From: Patescibacteria group bacterium | GTDB lineage: Bacteria; Patescibacteriota; Minisyncoccia; Moranbacterales; UBA1568 | DNA length: 51,874 bases | Assembly (NCBI GenBank): GCA_038078615.1 | Contig: JBBTWT010000019.1 | Coordinates: 1-51,874, forward strand | Direction of reading: 5' to 3' | Shown: piece by piece, positions 38,395-49,550 of the stretch | Layout of the letters: each line of letters begins with the position of its first letter | Numbering within the stretch: position 1 is the stretch's first letter | Notes under the pieces: model-generated | The model's input: the letters and a program-made list of their open reading frames with translations, nothing else | Database searches by the model: none | What the model was told of the DNA's origin: nothing | Made by a program: the position numbers and the translations under genes

Positions 38395-38423
38395 AGTGTA
38401 GCATTTTTTGGCTTTTTTGTCCA
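38395..38423 (-). promoter_or_regulatory. Promoter candidate for the DGR target gene
   Basis: TGGACA-17-TACACT with extended TG. Confidence 0.5.
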
Positions 38424-38452
38424 GCCCGCTGAACTGGCTGGCACAGCGTGTC

Positions 38453-39646
38453 TCAAGCGCCATTTTCTCCCGGATCAATCCACTTGCCGTCTGACTTGAT
38501 CAGGGCGATGAGCTCCTCTACCGCTTCTTGTTCCGGCACCGCGCGCTTCACGAGTACCTTTTTCCGGTACAAACTGACTTGTCCGTGCGCTCCGCCGACA
38601 TACCCGTAGTCCGCGTCCGCCATCTCGCCAAGTCCGTTCACGATACAGCCCATGATCGCGATGTGCAGTCCTTTCAGATGACCCATGCGTTCCTTGATGG
38701 TGTTGGTCACCGGCTCGATATCGAACAGCGTCCGCCCGCACGACGGACAGGAAATGAATTCCGTCCGTGTGATACGCCGATGTGTTGCCTGCAGTATGCC
38801 ATAGCATGTCGGGATTTCCTTGGCGGGATCTTCCGTCAGTGAAACGCGAATGGTATCACCGATGCCCTCCAGAAGGAGCGTCCCGATACCGAGCGTTGAT
38901 TTCGCGCGACCCTCTTCGCCGTTGCCTGCCTCCGTCACGCCGAGATGGATCGGGTAGTCCATCCCCTCCTTGTCCATCGTCGCGATGAGCAGCCGGTTGG
39001 ATTCGATCATGACGAGGGGATTCGATGCCTTCAGAGCGACCACGATATCGTTGAACCCGTGTTTTCGAAAAATCCGCAGATACTCCATCGTCGACTCCAC
39101 CATCCCGAGCGGCGTATCGCCGAAACGTGACAGCACCCGGTCGGAGAGCGACCCGTGGTTACACCCGATACGGATGGCTTTTCCTGATTGTTTCAGGGCC
39201 TCTATGAACGGCAGGAGGCTTTCTTCTATCCGCTCTATCTCCTTGGCATAACTCGCGTCGTCGAATGCCAACGTACGAAATATCTTTCCATCGAGAAAAT
39301 TTCCTGGGTTGAGACGGATCTTGTCCGCCCATTTCAGCGCCTCGAACGCCGCGGCCGGCAGAAAATGGATATCGGCAATGAGGGGAATGTTGATACCAGA
39401 CTTGAGGAGCATTTCCCGAATCGGCCCAAGCGCCTGCGCGTGCCGCGGCGTCGGTGTCGTCAGACGAATCAGCTCCGTCCCGGCCTTCACGCAAGCCATA
39501 ATCTGCGCGACCGTCGCCTGCAGATCGAGCGTGTCGGTATTCGTCATTGTCTGTACACGAATCTGGTTGTCTCCACCGATCGGGACACCACCGACATTCA
39601 CGACGCGTGTTTTTCTGCGTGGCTTCAGTGCCGCAAAAGAATCCAT
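38453..39646 (-). CDS. ispG: 4-hydroxy-3-methylbut-2-en-1-yl diphosphate synthase
   Basis: PLIADIHF, RLNPGN, NHGSL, HLGVTEAG, GDTIRVSLT, CPSCGR, MGCIVNG. Confidence 0.95.
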   Translation of the reverse strand: MDSFAALKPRRKTRVVNVGGVPIGGDNQIRVQTMTNTDTLDLQATVAQIMACVKAGTELIRLTTPTPRHAQALGPIREMLLKSGINIPLIADIHFLPAAAFEALKWADKIRLNPGNFLDGKIFRTLAFDDASYAKEIERIEESLLPFIEALKQSGKAIRIGCNHGSLSDRVLSRFGDTPLGMVESTMEYLRIFRKHGFNDIVVALKASNPLVMIESNRLLIATMDKEGMDYPIHLGVTEAGNGEEGRAKSTLGIGTLLLEGIGDTIRVSLTEDPAKEIPTCYGILQATHRRITRTEFISCPSCGRTLFDIEPVTNTIKERMGHLKGLHIAIMGCIVNGLGEMADADYGYVGGAHGQVSLYRKKVLVKRAVPEQEAVEELIALIKSDGKWIDPGENGA

Positions 39647-39694
39647 AGGATCTCACATAAAAGACAGACTGACTCCGCAATAATTTTCTGCCGT

Positions 39695-42142
39695 CTACAA
39701 CAACGTGAAGGCTGAAACGCTATCGCCCGGCTGCGGCTTCATCACGCGTACCCCTTGCGTCACGCGGCCGAGGAGCGGCACGCTTTTGAACGGCACCCGG
39801 ATAATGGTTCCTTTTTCCGACGTCAGGATGAGATCGTCTTCGATGACCGCCGTACTCGTAATAGCCGCTCCCACCAGCTTGCCGGTTTTCGAAGTTACCT
39901 TCATCGTCTTGATGCCGGAACCGCCGCGCTTCTGTACCTTGTACGATTTGAGTTCGCTTCGTTTACCGAAACCGTTCTGTGAGAGAATCAGGAGCTCTAG
40001 CCCTTTCTCGCCCTTCGGGATCACATCCATACCGACGATCTTGTCGCTCCCTTTGAGCTTCATCCCGCGTACTCCGGAAGCGCTGCGCCCCATCGGCCGC
40101 ACATCGGTTTCCTTGAATCTGATAGCCTGGCCGTCGCTCGTCGTCAGCACGACATCATCGGTACCGGTGGTCGGACGCACCCAGCCGAGCGTGTCCCCCT
40201 TGTCGAGTCCGATCGCGATCAGTCCGCTCCGACGCACGTTCTCGAAATCCTCGAGCTTGCTTTTCTTGATCGTGCCGTTCTCCGTCGCCATAAAAAGATA
40301 TTTGAACGCGTCGTTGTTGCTGAAAGCGATGAGAGCGGTGATCTTCTCTTCCTGCGCCACCTGGAGGAAATTGACGATGGCCTGCCCCTTCGAGGTGCGC
40401 GAGGACTCCGGGATCTCATACGCCTTGGTCTGGAATACCTTGCCCGTGTTCGTGAAGAACATCAGGTTGTCATGCGTCTGTATGGAGAGCACCTGGGCGA
40501 TGCGGTCCTCTTCCTTGGTCGTCGCGCCGATGACGCCTTTGCCGCCGCGTTTCTGCACGCGATACGCGGAAGGATTCATCCGCTTGATATAGCCGTCCTC
40601 CGTAAGCGTGATGATGGCCTCGTCGTTCGGGATGAGATCCTCCTGCCTGAATTCCGTGATGCCGGTCTTCACGACTCTCGTCCGGCGCTCGTCGCCGAAC
40701 CGGTCCCGGAGCTCGATGAGCTCGCTCTTCACGAGCGCCAGTATTTTTTTGTGGTGCTTCAGGAGGTCTTCGAGATATGCGATGAGCTTCAGTTTCTCTG
40801 CCAGCTCGTCCTCGATCTTCTGGCGCTCGAGGCCGGCAAGCGTCTGCAGGCGCATCTCGAGGATCGCGGTCACCTGGGCGTCGGACAGTCTGAACCTGCT
40901 TCTCAGGTTCACGTGCGCCTCTTCCTTGGTCGGCGACTTTTTGATCGTCTCGATGATTGCATCGATGTGGTCAAGCGCCTTTTTCAAGCCTTCCAGGATA
41001 TGCGCGCGATCCTTCGTCTTCTCTAGATCATACCGCGTGCGACGCACAACCACCTGTTCGCGATGCTTGATGTAGTGTTCGAGGATGGCTTTGAGCGTGA
41101 GGATCTGCGGATCGACACCATCGACGAGCGCGAGCATGTTCACGTTGAAATTCTTCTGCAGGTCCGTCATCTGATACAGCTGGTTGAGCACTTTCTGCGG
41201 AAATGCTTCCTTTTTCAGATCCACCACGATGCGCACGCCGTTCCGGTCGGACTCATCGCGCAAATCCTTGATGCCATGTATTTTGCCTTCTTTCACCAGC
41301 TCGGCAATCTTCATAATCAGCGATGATTTGTTCGTCGCATACGTCATCTCGGTGACGATGATCTGGAACTGGCCGCTCTTGTTCTCGACGATCTCCGCCT
41401 TGGCACGCGCCATAATCGGCCCCTTGCCGGTGGCGTAGGCTTCGCGGATATCTTTGACATTGTATATAGTGCCTCCCGTCGGAAAGTCCGGGCCCTTGAT
41501 GAACTGCATCAGATCATCCACGGTCGCTTCCGGGTGTTCGATCAGGTGACAGATGCCGTCCACCAGCTCGTTCAGATTGTGCGGCGGGATGTTGGTCGCC
41601 ATACCGACCGCGATACCGACCGTGCCGTTGAGCAATAGCTGCGGGAGCTTGGCCGGCAGCACCAGCGGTTCTTCATGCATGCCGTCGAAGTTCGGTATGA
41701 AATTCACCGTATCCTTGTCGATATCGAGGAGCATCTCTTCCGCGATCGCCTTCAATTTCGCCTCGGTGTAGCGGTAGGCGGCGGGGCTATCGCCGTCCAT
41801 CGAGCCGAAGTTCCCCTGCCCCCACACGAGCGGGTAGCGCAGAGAAAAATCCTGAGCCATGCGCACCATCGTATCGTACACGGCCGTATCGCCATGCGGG
41901 TGCCATTTGCCGAGCACCTCACCGACGACGGTCGCCGACTTGCGGAATTTGGCCGTCGAACGAAGACCCGTAGACCACATCGAATACAGGATGCGCCGAT
42001 GCACCGGCTTCAATCCGTCACGCACGTCAGGAAGAGCACGCGCCACGATGACGCTCATCGCGTAGTCGAGATACGACTGCTTGACCTCGTCCGTGATGGA
42101 ACGATCTTCGATTTTTCCCTCATGAAACGCTTTTTCCTGCAT
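39695..42142 (-). CDS. gyrA: DNA gyrase subunit A
   Basis: [22 protein letters not shown], GyrA box QKRGGKG; ATG 42142. Confidence 0.96.
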   Translation of the reverse strand: MQEKAFHEGKIEDRSITDEVKQSYLDYAMSVIVARALPDVRDGLKPVHRRILYSMWSTGLRSTAKFRKSATVVGEVLGKWHPHGDTAVYDTMVRMAQDFSLRYPLVWGQGNFGSMDGDSPAAYRYTEAKLKAIAEEMLLDIDKDTVNFIPNFDGMHEEPLVLPAKLPQLLLNGTVGIAVGMATNIPPHNLNELVDGICHLIEHPEATVDDLMQFIKGPDFPTGGTIYNVKDIREAYATGKGPIMARAKAEIVENKSGQFQIIVTEMTYATNKSSLIMKIAELVKEGKIHGIKDLRDESDRNGVRIVVDLKKEAFPQKVLNQLYQMTDLQKNFNVNMLALVDGVDPQILTLKAILEHYIKHREQVVVRRTRYDLEKTKDRAHILEGLKKALDHIDAIIETIKKSPTKEEAHVNLRSRFRLSDAQVTAILEMRLQTLAGLERQKIEDELAEKLKLIAYLEDLLKHHKKILALVKSELIELRDRFGDERRTRVVKTGITEFRQEDLIPNDEAIITLTEDGYIKRMNPSAYRVQKRGGKGVIGATTKEEDRIAQVLSIQTHDNLMFFTNTGKVFQTKAYEIPESSRTSKGQAIVNFLQVAQEEKITALIAFSNNDAFKYLFMATENGTIKKSKLEDFENVRRSGLIAIGLDKGDTLGWVRPTTGTDDVVLTTSDGQAIRFKETDVRPMGRSASGVRGMKLKGSDKIVGMDVIPKGEKGLELLILSQNGFGKRSELKSYKVQKRGGSGIKTMKVTSKTGKLVGAAITSTAVIEDDLILTSEKGTIIRVPFKSVPLLGRVTQGVRVMKPQPGDSVSAFTLL

Positions 42143-42176
42143 ACCCGGTGATGAATGAGTGATTTTTTCGCGAGAT

Positions 42177-42524
42177 TTAACGGCTCGGTACGCCTTCGCC
42201 GGCATCCTGCGCGCCCGCCTGGAACTGCTCATTGAAATATTGCTCGCCGGTTTTCGTGTCCTGTCCGTCGACACGGAGCGGCTCCGATTGTTCGAGGAGG
42301 CTGCCGAGCGACGGGATCTGGCCGTCAGGAAGCAGGTCCTTGCCCTTTTCGGCGGCGGCCGGGATGTCCTGACCGACATTTTGGAAACCGGACTTGAGCG
42401 ACAAAAGCCAGATGCCGAGAATGAACGCCATGGAGACCGCGAGGCACGCGAGCACATAGCGCTTGCGGATATGCTCCGGCTGCTCACGGATCCATTCTAT
42501 TCTCTCCCACAAACCTCGTGCCAT
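42177..42524 (-). CDS. Hypothetical single-TM protein
   Basis: [11 protein letters not shown] followed by a TM helix; co-oriented upstream of gyrA. Confidence 0.6.
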   Translation of the reverse strand: MARGLWERIEWIREQPEHIRKRYVLACLAVSMAFILGIWLLSLKSGFQNVGQDIPAAAEKGKDLLPDGQIPSLGSLLEQSEPLRVDGQDTKTGEQYFNEQFQAGAQDAGEGVPSR

Positions 42525-42559
42525 ATGTTTTAGTATGTAAAATGTGGCGGTGTTCTTCA

Positions 42560-43219
42560 TTATACGCCTCGTTCCAATAAAACAACTTCCATCGTCTTGC
42601 CTTCCAGATCCTTTTTCTTGATGCTCAGTTTCGGCAGCGCCTGTTTCGGACAGTTGCCGAGCGCGTCGCAGAATGCCTTCTCCGTCTCGAGTGGCAGCGT
42701 CAGTCCGGCGATCTTGTAGTGCATCGGGATGACGATGTTCGGCTCGATCTTGCGCACCAGTTCCGCGGCAAGCTTCGCCCCCACGGTATCGGATCCAGCA
42801 ACCGGAACGAACAGCAGATCCACGCCGTTCAGCTTGTCCAGCAGTTCCGGGGAGATATCATGCCCGAGCGCTCCCAGATAGCAGATATGGATATCCTCGC
42901 TCTCGAAAATGAAGACGGTATTCTGCCCCCTCTCCCTGCCTTCCGCCGCATCGCGATAACTCGGGAAACCGAGCGCGGCGACACCCTTGGCGGCATATTC
43001 TCCCGGCGCATCAAAAACGATTGTCCCCTCCTTGTAAGCATCTTTCGTTTCTTCGCCATTCGTATGGGACAAAAACACGAGATCGACTTGGCCCTGCGGC
43101 GAACGCAAACCGGAACCTTTCTGCAAAGGATCCGTCCAGATAACGACGTCCTCGGTCGCACGACCTGCCGGTTTTGTGCTTATCTTGAAGCAAAAATCCC
43201 CGTAATACTGTATGTTCAT
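42560..43219 (-). CDS. MBL-fold metallo-hydrolase-like protein
   Basis: MNIQYYGDFCF, TDP, PGEY, IPMHY; metal-binding His motif appears degenerate. Confidence 0.8.
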   Translation of the reverse strand: MNIQYYGDFCFKISTKPAGRATEDVVIWTDPLQKGSGLRSPQGQVDLVFLSHTNGEETKDAYKEGTIVFDAPGEYAAKGVAALGFPSYRDAAEGRERGQNTVFIFESEDIHICYLGALGHDISPELLDKLNGVDLLFVPVAGSDTVGAKLAAELVRKIEPNIVIPMHYKIAGLTLPLETEKAFCDALGNCPKQALPKLSIKKKDLEGKTMEVVLLERGV

Positions 43220-43553
43220 AGCAAGCGGTAATAGTCTCAAAAATTCCCTCCGATCAAGAAGAATATATTCCAGTGTACCACGCTCTCCCTCCCTCTGTCC
43301 ATTCAAAAAACCATTTTCTCATCCGCTCTCATCCGCACTCTTGCCAAAAAGAAATCTTTCCTCTATACTCATGGAATCGTATCAAAGACAGAGGTTAATT
43401 GGCTAACACAACTGAATACAGGGATGTCAGAATCCTTGGTTTGAGTCCGTTATCCAAGACGCCCCTGTGGTGTTTTTTCCTTTTTATAAGCCATAATCGC
43501 TCGATATAATCATTCATCGCGAGCCGAGCGTACTCACACATCAACCGTACATT

Positions 43554-44753
43554 ATGATCAAAACAGCGCCAGTCAAAGAAATATCCGCCAACCCGTCCGT
43601 GATGGAGACGCTGCTGTCCCAGCATGTCGTCGAAGTCCCCGAGATAGGCGATGTCGTGCACGGCACCGTCATTGATGTCTCGTCAAGCTCCGCCCTCATC
43701 GATCTCGGCCCCATCGGCACCGGCATCGTGCTCGGCAAGGAGATGCGCGACGGTCTCGGGCCGGAAGGCAAGCTCAAAGTCGGCACGACCGTCACCGCCA
43801 CCCTCATGGACTATGAGAACGAGGACGGCCACATCGAGCTCTCCATCCGCGAGGCTTCCTACGAGAAATCCTGGGACGATATCGAGCACAAGCTCACCAA
43901 CCGCGAAGTGGTCACCACGAAAGTCGTGCAGGCCAACAAGGGCGGACTGATGATCGAGATCAACGGCATCGCCGGGTTCCTGCCGGTTTCCCAGCTCTCG
44001 AGCGAACACTATCCGCGCGTCGAGGACGGCGACAAGAACAAGATTCTCGACCTCCTGAAGAAGCTCATCGGCCAGGAAGTGCACGTGCGCATCCTCGACG
44101 CCGACCGCGAGAACGAGAAACTGATCGTCAGCGAAAAAGCCGCCCAGAGCGAAAAGGAGCGCGGCCTCATCAACCTGCTCCGCGTCGGCGAAGTCGTGCA
44201 GGGCGAGGTGAGCGGCGTCGTCGATTTCGGCGCGTTCGTGAAGTTCGCACCGCCCACCAAGGAAGGAGAGAAGAAGCCGGCGGAGAAACTCGAGGGGCTC
44301 GTGCACATTTCCGAACTCGCCTGGCAGCTCATCGATGATCCGCGCGAGATGATCAAGACCGGCGACAAGGTGGAGGCCAAGATCATCGGTATCGAGGACA
44401 CCCGCATCTCGCTCTCGATGAAAGCGCTCAAGGAAGACCCGTGGAATACGGTGCTCGAAAAATACAAGGTGAGCGACATCGTGCCGGGCAAGGTGGACAA
44501 GATCAACCACTTCGGCGCCTTCGTCTATCTCAACAAGGATATCCACGGCCTCGCGCACGTCAGCGAATTCCAAGAAGTCTATCCGGGCAAGAAGATTGAG
44601 GAAGTCTTCAAGGAAGGCGAGACCTACTCCTGGAAAATCCTCTCCATCGAGCCGAAGAGCCACCGTATGGGGCTGCTCCCGGTGAAAGAAGGCGCTGCCA
44701 AAGAAACGAAAGAAAAGAAAGCCGTTCAGGAGGAAAAAGAAGTTCAGGCCTAA
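43554..44753 (+). CDS. rpsA: 30S ribosomal protein S1 (four S1 domains)
   Basis: ANKGGL, GFLPVSQL, VDFGAFV, EGLVHISEL. Confidence 0.9.
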   Translation: MIKTAPVKEISANPSVMETLLSQHVVEVPEIGDVVHGTVIDVSSSSALIDLGPIGTGIVLGKEMRDGLGPEGKLKVGTTVTATLMDYENEDGHIELSIREASYEKSWDDIEHKLTNREVVTTKVVQANKGGLMIEINGIAGFLPVSQLSSEHYPRVEDGDKNKILDLLKKLIGQEVHVRILDADRENEKLIVSEKAAQSEKERGLINLLRVGEVVQGEVSGVVDFGAFVKFAPPTKEGEKKPAEKLEGLVHISELAWQLIDDPREMIKTGDKVEAKIIGIEDTRISLSMKALKEDPWNTVLEKYKVSDIVPGKVDKINHFGAFVYLNKDIHGLAHVSEFQEVYPGKKIEEVFKEGETYSWKILSIEPKSHRMGLLPVKEGAAKETKEKKAVQEEKEVQA

Positions 44754-44759
44754 GGCCGC

Positions 44760-44790
44760 CAAAACATCCTGCATCAATCAGGATGTTTTT
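44760..44790 (+). terminator. Intrinsic terminator
   Basis: AAAACATCCTG/CAGGATGTTTTT stem. Confidence 0.7.
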
Positions 44791-44814
44791 GCCTCAGACC
44801 ACCAAAGAAAAAAT

Positions 44815-45378
44815 ATGCGGAACATATTCATCATTTCCGGCCCTTCCGGCGCCGGAGAGGACTCCATCATCAGCGCGCTTGAAAAGCTCTTCCCCACCGA
44901 ACGCGTCGTCACTACCACGACTCGCCAGATGCGCACGGGAGAGAGCGAGGGAAATCCGTACCACTTCCTCTCCAGAGAAGCGTTCCAGGAAAAAATCAAG
45001 GCTGGTGAATTTTTCGAATATGCCGAAGAAGATAACCATCAGCTCTACGGCACGACACACAGAGAGATCGGGCGCATCAAAAATGTCAAGAAAGTCGTGC
45101 TTTGGAAAATGGACTACCAAGGAGTCATCACTATGAAAAAGATCCTCCCCGAAGCTGTCTCTATCCTCATTATGGCACCTCTTGATATTCTCGAGCAGAG
45201 AATCCGCAGGCGCGAGAACGTTACCGACGATTTCGTGAAAGGGCGCTTGAAACATGCTCAGGGCTGGTTTGACAATAGAAACATATTCGATTATGAAGTT
45301 GAAAACGAACAAGGCAGGTTCGACGAGACGATCCAGAAAATCGCCGCGATCATCAAGGAGCATACGGCCCTCGCGTGA
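44815..45378 (+). CDS. gmk: Guanylate kinase
   Basis: SGPSGAGEDS, TTRQMRTGE..G..YHF, YGT. Confidence 0.88.
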   Translation: MRNIFIISGPSGAGEDSIISALEKLFPTERVVTTTTRQMRTGESEGNPYHFLSREAFQEKIKAGEFFEYAEEDNHQLYGTTHREIGRIKNVKKVVLWKMDYQGVITMKKILPEAVSILIMAPLDILEQRIRRRENVTDDFVKGRLKHAQGWFDNRNIFDYEVENEQGRFDETIQKIAAIIKEHTALA

Positions 45379-46360
45379 AGCGCCGCTCTCTCCTTTCGTC
45401 CGGCGCTTCATCAAGCGCATCCAGAATACCGTACAAAAATCCGCTCTCTGGCGGAAGGGAGATGTTTTTATCGTGGGCGTTTCCGGCGGAGCGGACAGCC
45501 TGTGTCTGCTCGACGTCCTGTTTCTGCTTTCCAAGAAATATGATTTCACGCTGCATGTCGCTCATGTAAATTATCATCTGCGCGGTAGGGCATCGGATCT
45601 CGATGAGATGCTGACACGAGAAATGGCCGAGCGCTACCATCTCCCCTGCTCCGTCTTGTCACAGGGAAAGAGACCAAAGAATGATGTGGAAGAAACGCTC
45701 CGCGATATCCGCTATGCTTTCTTCGCGAAACTGCGCCAGAAAACCGACGCGGACAACATCGCGGTCGCCCACAACCAGGATGACCAGGCGGAAACGCTGC
45801 TCCTGCGGCTGCTCCGCGGATCCGGGCTCTCCGGGCTCTCCGCCATGCGCCCGAAAAGCGGCCATATCATCCGTCCCCTCATCGAAATGAGCCGCGCCGA
45901 TATCCTGCACTACCTGAAAGATCGCCGCATCGCGTTCCGCGAAGATGCGAGCAACGCCGACCCGCGCTATCTGCGCAATCGCGTCCGTCACGAGCTGATC
46001 CCGTTCCTCGAAAAAAACTTTCAGCCGCAGACCCGCAGACTGCTCGCCGAAACCGCGACCATCCTCGCCGGCGACTACGCTCTTTTAGAAAAACATCCCG
46101 CCGCCTTCTCCGCGAAGCACAGCCCCCTCGGTGCGGAATTTTCGCGTGCCGCCCTCCTCGCGCTCCCCGAACCGCTCCTCTGCCGCGAGCTGCGCGCCCT
46201 GCTCCGGCCGTTCCTCGCCGGAAAGAATCCGGGGAAAAACCTCCTGGGCGAACTCATAAAATCCCTCAGAAGCGCCAAAAGAAAAACGCAGACCGTCGTC
46301 TTCAGAGGATTGAAGTTTGTCCGCGAAGGTGATACAGTGAGACTACTCAAACGCACATAA
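45375..46360 (+). CDS. tilS: tRNA(Ile)-lysidine synthetase (start ambiguous; possible 1-bp indel near 45378)
   Basis: GVSGGADS, AHNQDDQAET, IRPL, DASN...RNRVRH; body lies in the frame of ORF 45254-46360. Confidence 0.88.
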
Positions 46361-46387
46361 TCCGGGATATTCATACTCGTTGCAATT

Positions 46388-48226
46388 ATGGAAAAAATGC
46401 TGAAAAACCTCTCCACCCTGATCCTCCTGTTTCTCCTCATATCCGGCATCATCATCCTCTATCAGACGCCGGACAAGAAGCCCGCGCCGATCTCCCTCTC
46501 CGAGCTCGTGACCGAAATCAACCAAGATCAGGTGAAAGCCATCGTCATAGAGAGCAACGTTCTCGACATCGAGCTCCAGGACGGCAATCGGCAGAAAGCG
46601 AGCAAGGAGTCAGAGAGCTCTCTCACCGAGACGCTCGTGAATTACGGCATCGACAAGGAAAAACTGGGCAAGGTCTCCATCACCATCAAGGAAGAATCCG
46701 GCTGGAGCTTCTGGCTTGCCGGCATCCTGCCGTTCCTGCTGCCGTTCATCCTCATCGGCGCGTTCATCTGGTTCATGATGCGCCAGGCGCAGCGGGGCAA
46801 TTCGCAGGCGCTGTCGTTCGGTATGAGCCGCGCCCGCATGCTCGATCCGAAGGACAAGAAGAAGCGCATCACTTTCGTCGATGTCGCCGGAGCGAAGGAA
46901 ACCAAAAATGAGCTCGAGGAAGTCGTGGAATTTCTGAAACATCCTAAAAAATTCCTCAATATGGGGGCAAAGATCCCCAAGGGCGTGCTTCTGCTCGGCC
47001 CTCCGGGAACCGGCAAAACGCTGATGGCCAAGGCGGTCGCCGGCGAAGCGGGCGTGCCGTTCTTCAATATCAGCGGGTCGGAATTCGTCGAGATGTTCGT
47101 CGGCGTCGGCGCCAGCCGCGTCCGCGACCTCTTCAAGCAGGCCAAGAAGAATGCCCCGTCTATCGTCTTCATCGATGAGATCGACGCTGTCGGCCGGCAT
47201 CGCGGCGCGGGCTTGGGCGGTGGACACGACGAGCGCGAGCAGACGCTGAATCAGATATTGGTCGAAATGGACGGTTTCGAAACCGATATGAGCGTCATCG
47301 TCATCGCGGCTACCAACCGCCCAGACGTACTTGATCCGGCGCTGCTCCGCCCCGGCCGCTTCGACCGCCGCGTCACGATGGATCTCCCGGATATCAACGA
47401 GCGCGAGCAGATCCTCATCATCCATACGAAAAACAAGCCGTTAGAAACGGATGTGAAGCTGCGCGTCATCGCCGAGCGTACGCCGGGATTCTCCGGTGCC
47501 GATCTCGCAAACCTGTTGAACGAAGGCGCGATTCTCGCGACACGCCGCAACAAGAAAACTATCGGGATGTCGGAACTTACCGAGTCCATCGAGAAAGTGA
47601 TCCTCGGCCCGGAACGCCGCGGACGAGTCATCAACAAAAAAGAGAAGGAGATCATCGCCTACCACGAAGGCGGCCACGCTCTCGTCGGCGCGAGCCTCCC
47701 CAACGCCGACCCGGTGCAGAAAGTCTCCATCATCTCCCGCGGACATGCCGGCGGCTACACGCTCTCCGTCCCCTCCGAGGACAAGAGCCTGCATTCCCAC
47801 AGTTATTTCATCGATGAGCTCGCGATGTTCCTCGGGGGCTACGCCAGCGAGAAACTCATCTTCGGCGATATCACTACCGGCCCGTCAAGCGACCTGGAGC
47901 GTGCCACCCAGATGGCGCGCAATATGGTCACGCGTTACGGCATGAGCCGCCTGGGCGCCCGGACCTTCGGCAAAAAAGACGAGATGGTCTTCCTCGGCCG
48001 CGAGATGCATGAGGAGCGCAACTATTCGGAGAAGACCGCGCAGGATATCGATACGGAAGTCTCGCACCTCATCGATCAGGCGTTCAAGCGCGCCACCGAT
48101 ATCCTCACCGAGAGGCGCGCCGTCCTCGACACGCTCGCACGCACGCTGCTCGAGAAAGAGACTCTCGAGAAAGACGAGTTCGATGCCATCGTAGGCATAG
48201 CCGCTCCCAAAGAGATGCCCGTCTAA
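46388..48226 (+). CDS. ftsH: ATP-dependent zinc metalloprotease
   Basis: Two TM helices, [26 protein letters not shown]. Confidence 0.97.
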   Translation: MEKMLKNLSTLILLFLLISGIIILYQTPDKKPAPISLSELVTEINQDQVKAIVIESNVLDIELQDGNRQKASKESESSLTETLVNYGIDKEKLGKVSITIKEESGWSFWLAGILPFLLPFILIGAFIWFMMRQAQRGNSQALSFGMSRARMLDPKDKKKRITFVDVAGAKETKNELEEVVEFLKHPKKFLNMGAKIPKGVLLLGPPGTGKTLMAKAVAGEAGVPFFNISGSEFVEMFVGVGASRVRDLFKQAKKNAPSIVFIDEIDAVGRHRGAGLGGGHDEREQTLNQILVEMDGFETDMSVIVIAATNRPDVLDPALLRPGRFDRRVTMDLPDINEREQILIIHTKNKPLETDVKLRVIAERTPGFSGADLANLLNEGAILATRRNKKTIGMSELTESIEKVILGPERRGRVINKKEKEIIAYHEGGHALVGASLPNADPVQKVSIISRGHAGGYTLSVPSEDKSLHSHSYFIDELAMFLGGYASEKLIFGDITTGPSSDLERATQMARNMVTRYGMSRLGARTFGKKDEMVFLGREMHEERNYSEKTAQDIDTEVSHLIDQAFKRATDILTERRAVLDTLARTLLEKETLEKDEFDAIVGIAAPKEMPV

Positions 48227-48241
48227 ATTCTCGCACTACTT

Positions 48242-49144
48242 ATGGAAAGATTGCGCTTCCGTGAATTTTTCTTGCAGGCCTGGGCTGCCGCAGCGCCACG
48301 GAAGCTCCCGTGGATTTTCGGTGCTGTCATCGCCGCCGCAGGTATCGCAGAAAATCAGCTCAGCGAACAGATGCTTGGCAACCGCGCCTCTTTCAAAGAC
48401 CTCATCCAAGCGGCGTCAGAAACAATGCCGGAAACGATGTCCATCATTCTGATTCTTATCCTGCTGTTTGCCATCAGTATTTTCGGGAAAAGCAATTTGA
48501 TCGTTTCGCTCGCCTTCATCACCGGAAAAACCGGACTTCCCAATCACCCGAACACCGCGCATACCATAGCCAAAAATTTCTTCCGCGCGTTTCGGCTCGA
48601 GTGTCTCGCATTTCTCGCCATCTTGGCAGTCATCGGCATCCTCGCTATTCCGCTTCTCATCGCCTCCTCGCGCAATCCGGAAGCACTCACCCTGCTCATA
48701 CCCCTCTCTATTTTTACCCTCATTCTTGTTGCGATCATCGTCTTCCTGATCAAGCAACTTGCCCTCTTCTATCTTCTCTTGTCTCCTGTCCGTACTCGCG
48801 AAGCGATCGAGCTCGGCAGCGCTCTCCTCTACCGTTTCGTCATCCCGAACCTTTTGTTCGGGCTGTTCTCCCTCGCACTCGCCATTCTCTTTACTTTTTG
48901 CGTGAACCTCGTTATCCTGGGTATTGCCGTTCTTTTCGACAAGGCTTCCGTTCCGGTTCCGGAAACATACGCATCGCTCGCGATAGGCTTCGCGTCATTC
49001 GCCTGGTTCGCGGTTTTCCAGCAGGCGCTCTGGCTCGCTTTTTTCAAATCAATCGCCAGTCCGCGCGAACCTGAAAAAGTGGTCGAAAAAGAAGAGGCTG
49101 CGTTGATCACCACCAATCTCCCTGAAATCCCGCCGGCACAGTAG
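48242..49144 (+). CDS. Hypothetical polytopic membrane protein
   Basis: 300-aa hydrophobic ORF directly after ftsH. Confidence 0.7.
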   Translation: MERLRFREFFLQAWAAAAPRKLPWIFGAVIAAAGIAENQLSEQMLGNRASFKDLIQAASETMPETMSIILILILLFAISIFGKSNLIVSLAFITGKTGLPNHPNTAHTIAKNFFRAFRLECLAFLAILAVIGILAIPLLIASSRNPEALTLLIPLSIFTLILVAIIVFLIKQLALFYLLLSPVRTREAIELGSALLYRFVIPNLLFGLFSLALAILFTFCVNLVILGIAVLFDKASVPVPETYASLAIGFASFAWFAVFQQALWLAFFKSIASPREPEKVVEKEEAALITTNLPEIPPAQ

Positions 49145-49151
49145 AAATGAC

Positions 49152-49225
49152 GGGCGTATAGCTCAGCTGGTTAGAGCGCTACATTGACATTGTAGAGGTC
49201 TCCTGTTCGAATCAGGATACGCCCA
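49152..49225 (+). tRNA. tRNA-Val(GAC)
   Basis: GGGCGTA/TACGCCC acceptor stem, GCTC/GAGC D stem, CTACA-TTGACAT-TGTAG anticodon arm, TCCTG-TTCGAAT-CAGGA T arm. Confidence 0.95.
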
Positions 49226-49272
49226 CAGAAATATGAAAGGCTTCCGCCCAAGGCGGATCGGCCTTTGGCTGA

Positions 49273-49372
49273 CAGTGTTGGTTACCCGCCCGACTGGACG
49301 ACGCCAGTCGTTCGGGCGGAGAGCGTCACATTGACATTGTGAAGGTCACTGGTTCAAATCCAGTATCACCCA
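49273..49372 (+). pseudogene. tRNA-Val(GAC) remnant with a hairpin inserted in the D-loop
   Basis: Intact anticodon arm TCACA-TTGACAT-TGTGA, T arm and 3' acceptor strand ATCACCC; no matching 5' strand upstream. Confidence 0.7.
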
Positions 49373-49384
49373 CAAGGTGCGGGA

Positions 49385-49417
49385 TAGAGGTCTCCTGTTC
49401 GAATCTGGACAGACCCA
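49385..49417 (+). repeat. Third partial copy of the tRNA 3' end
   Basis: TAGAGGTCTCCTGTTCGAATC (21 bp) identical to 49193-49213. Confidence 0.75.
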
Positions 49418-49496
49418 CACCGCATTCAGGCATCCCAGCGAGGGATACAGATATCCGGTTCTCCTCCAAAGCGGGCAGAAAAGTCTGGATGCATCT

Positions 49497-49532
49497 AAAA
49501 AACCTGCGCTTGCGAGCCCAGGTTTTTTGTTT
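49497..49532. terminator. Bidirectional terminator
   Basis: AAAAAACCTG...CAGGTTTTTT stem. Confidence 0.65.
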
Positions 49533-49550
49533 TCCAACAAGTTGCATGCT

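Larger units (their letters stand above)
35735..38423 (-). mobile_element. Diversity-generating retroelement (target-VR, TR, avd, RT)
   Basis: All four canonical components present within 2.7 kb. Confidence 0.95.
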
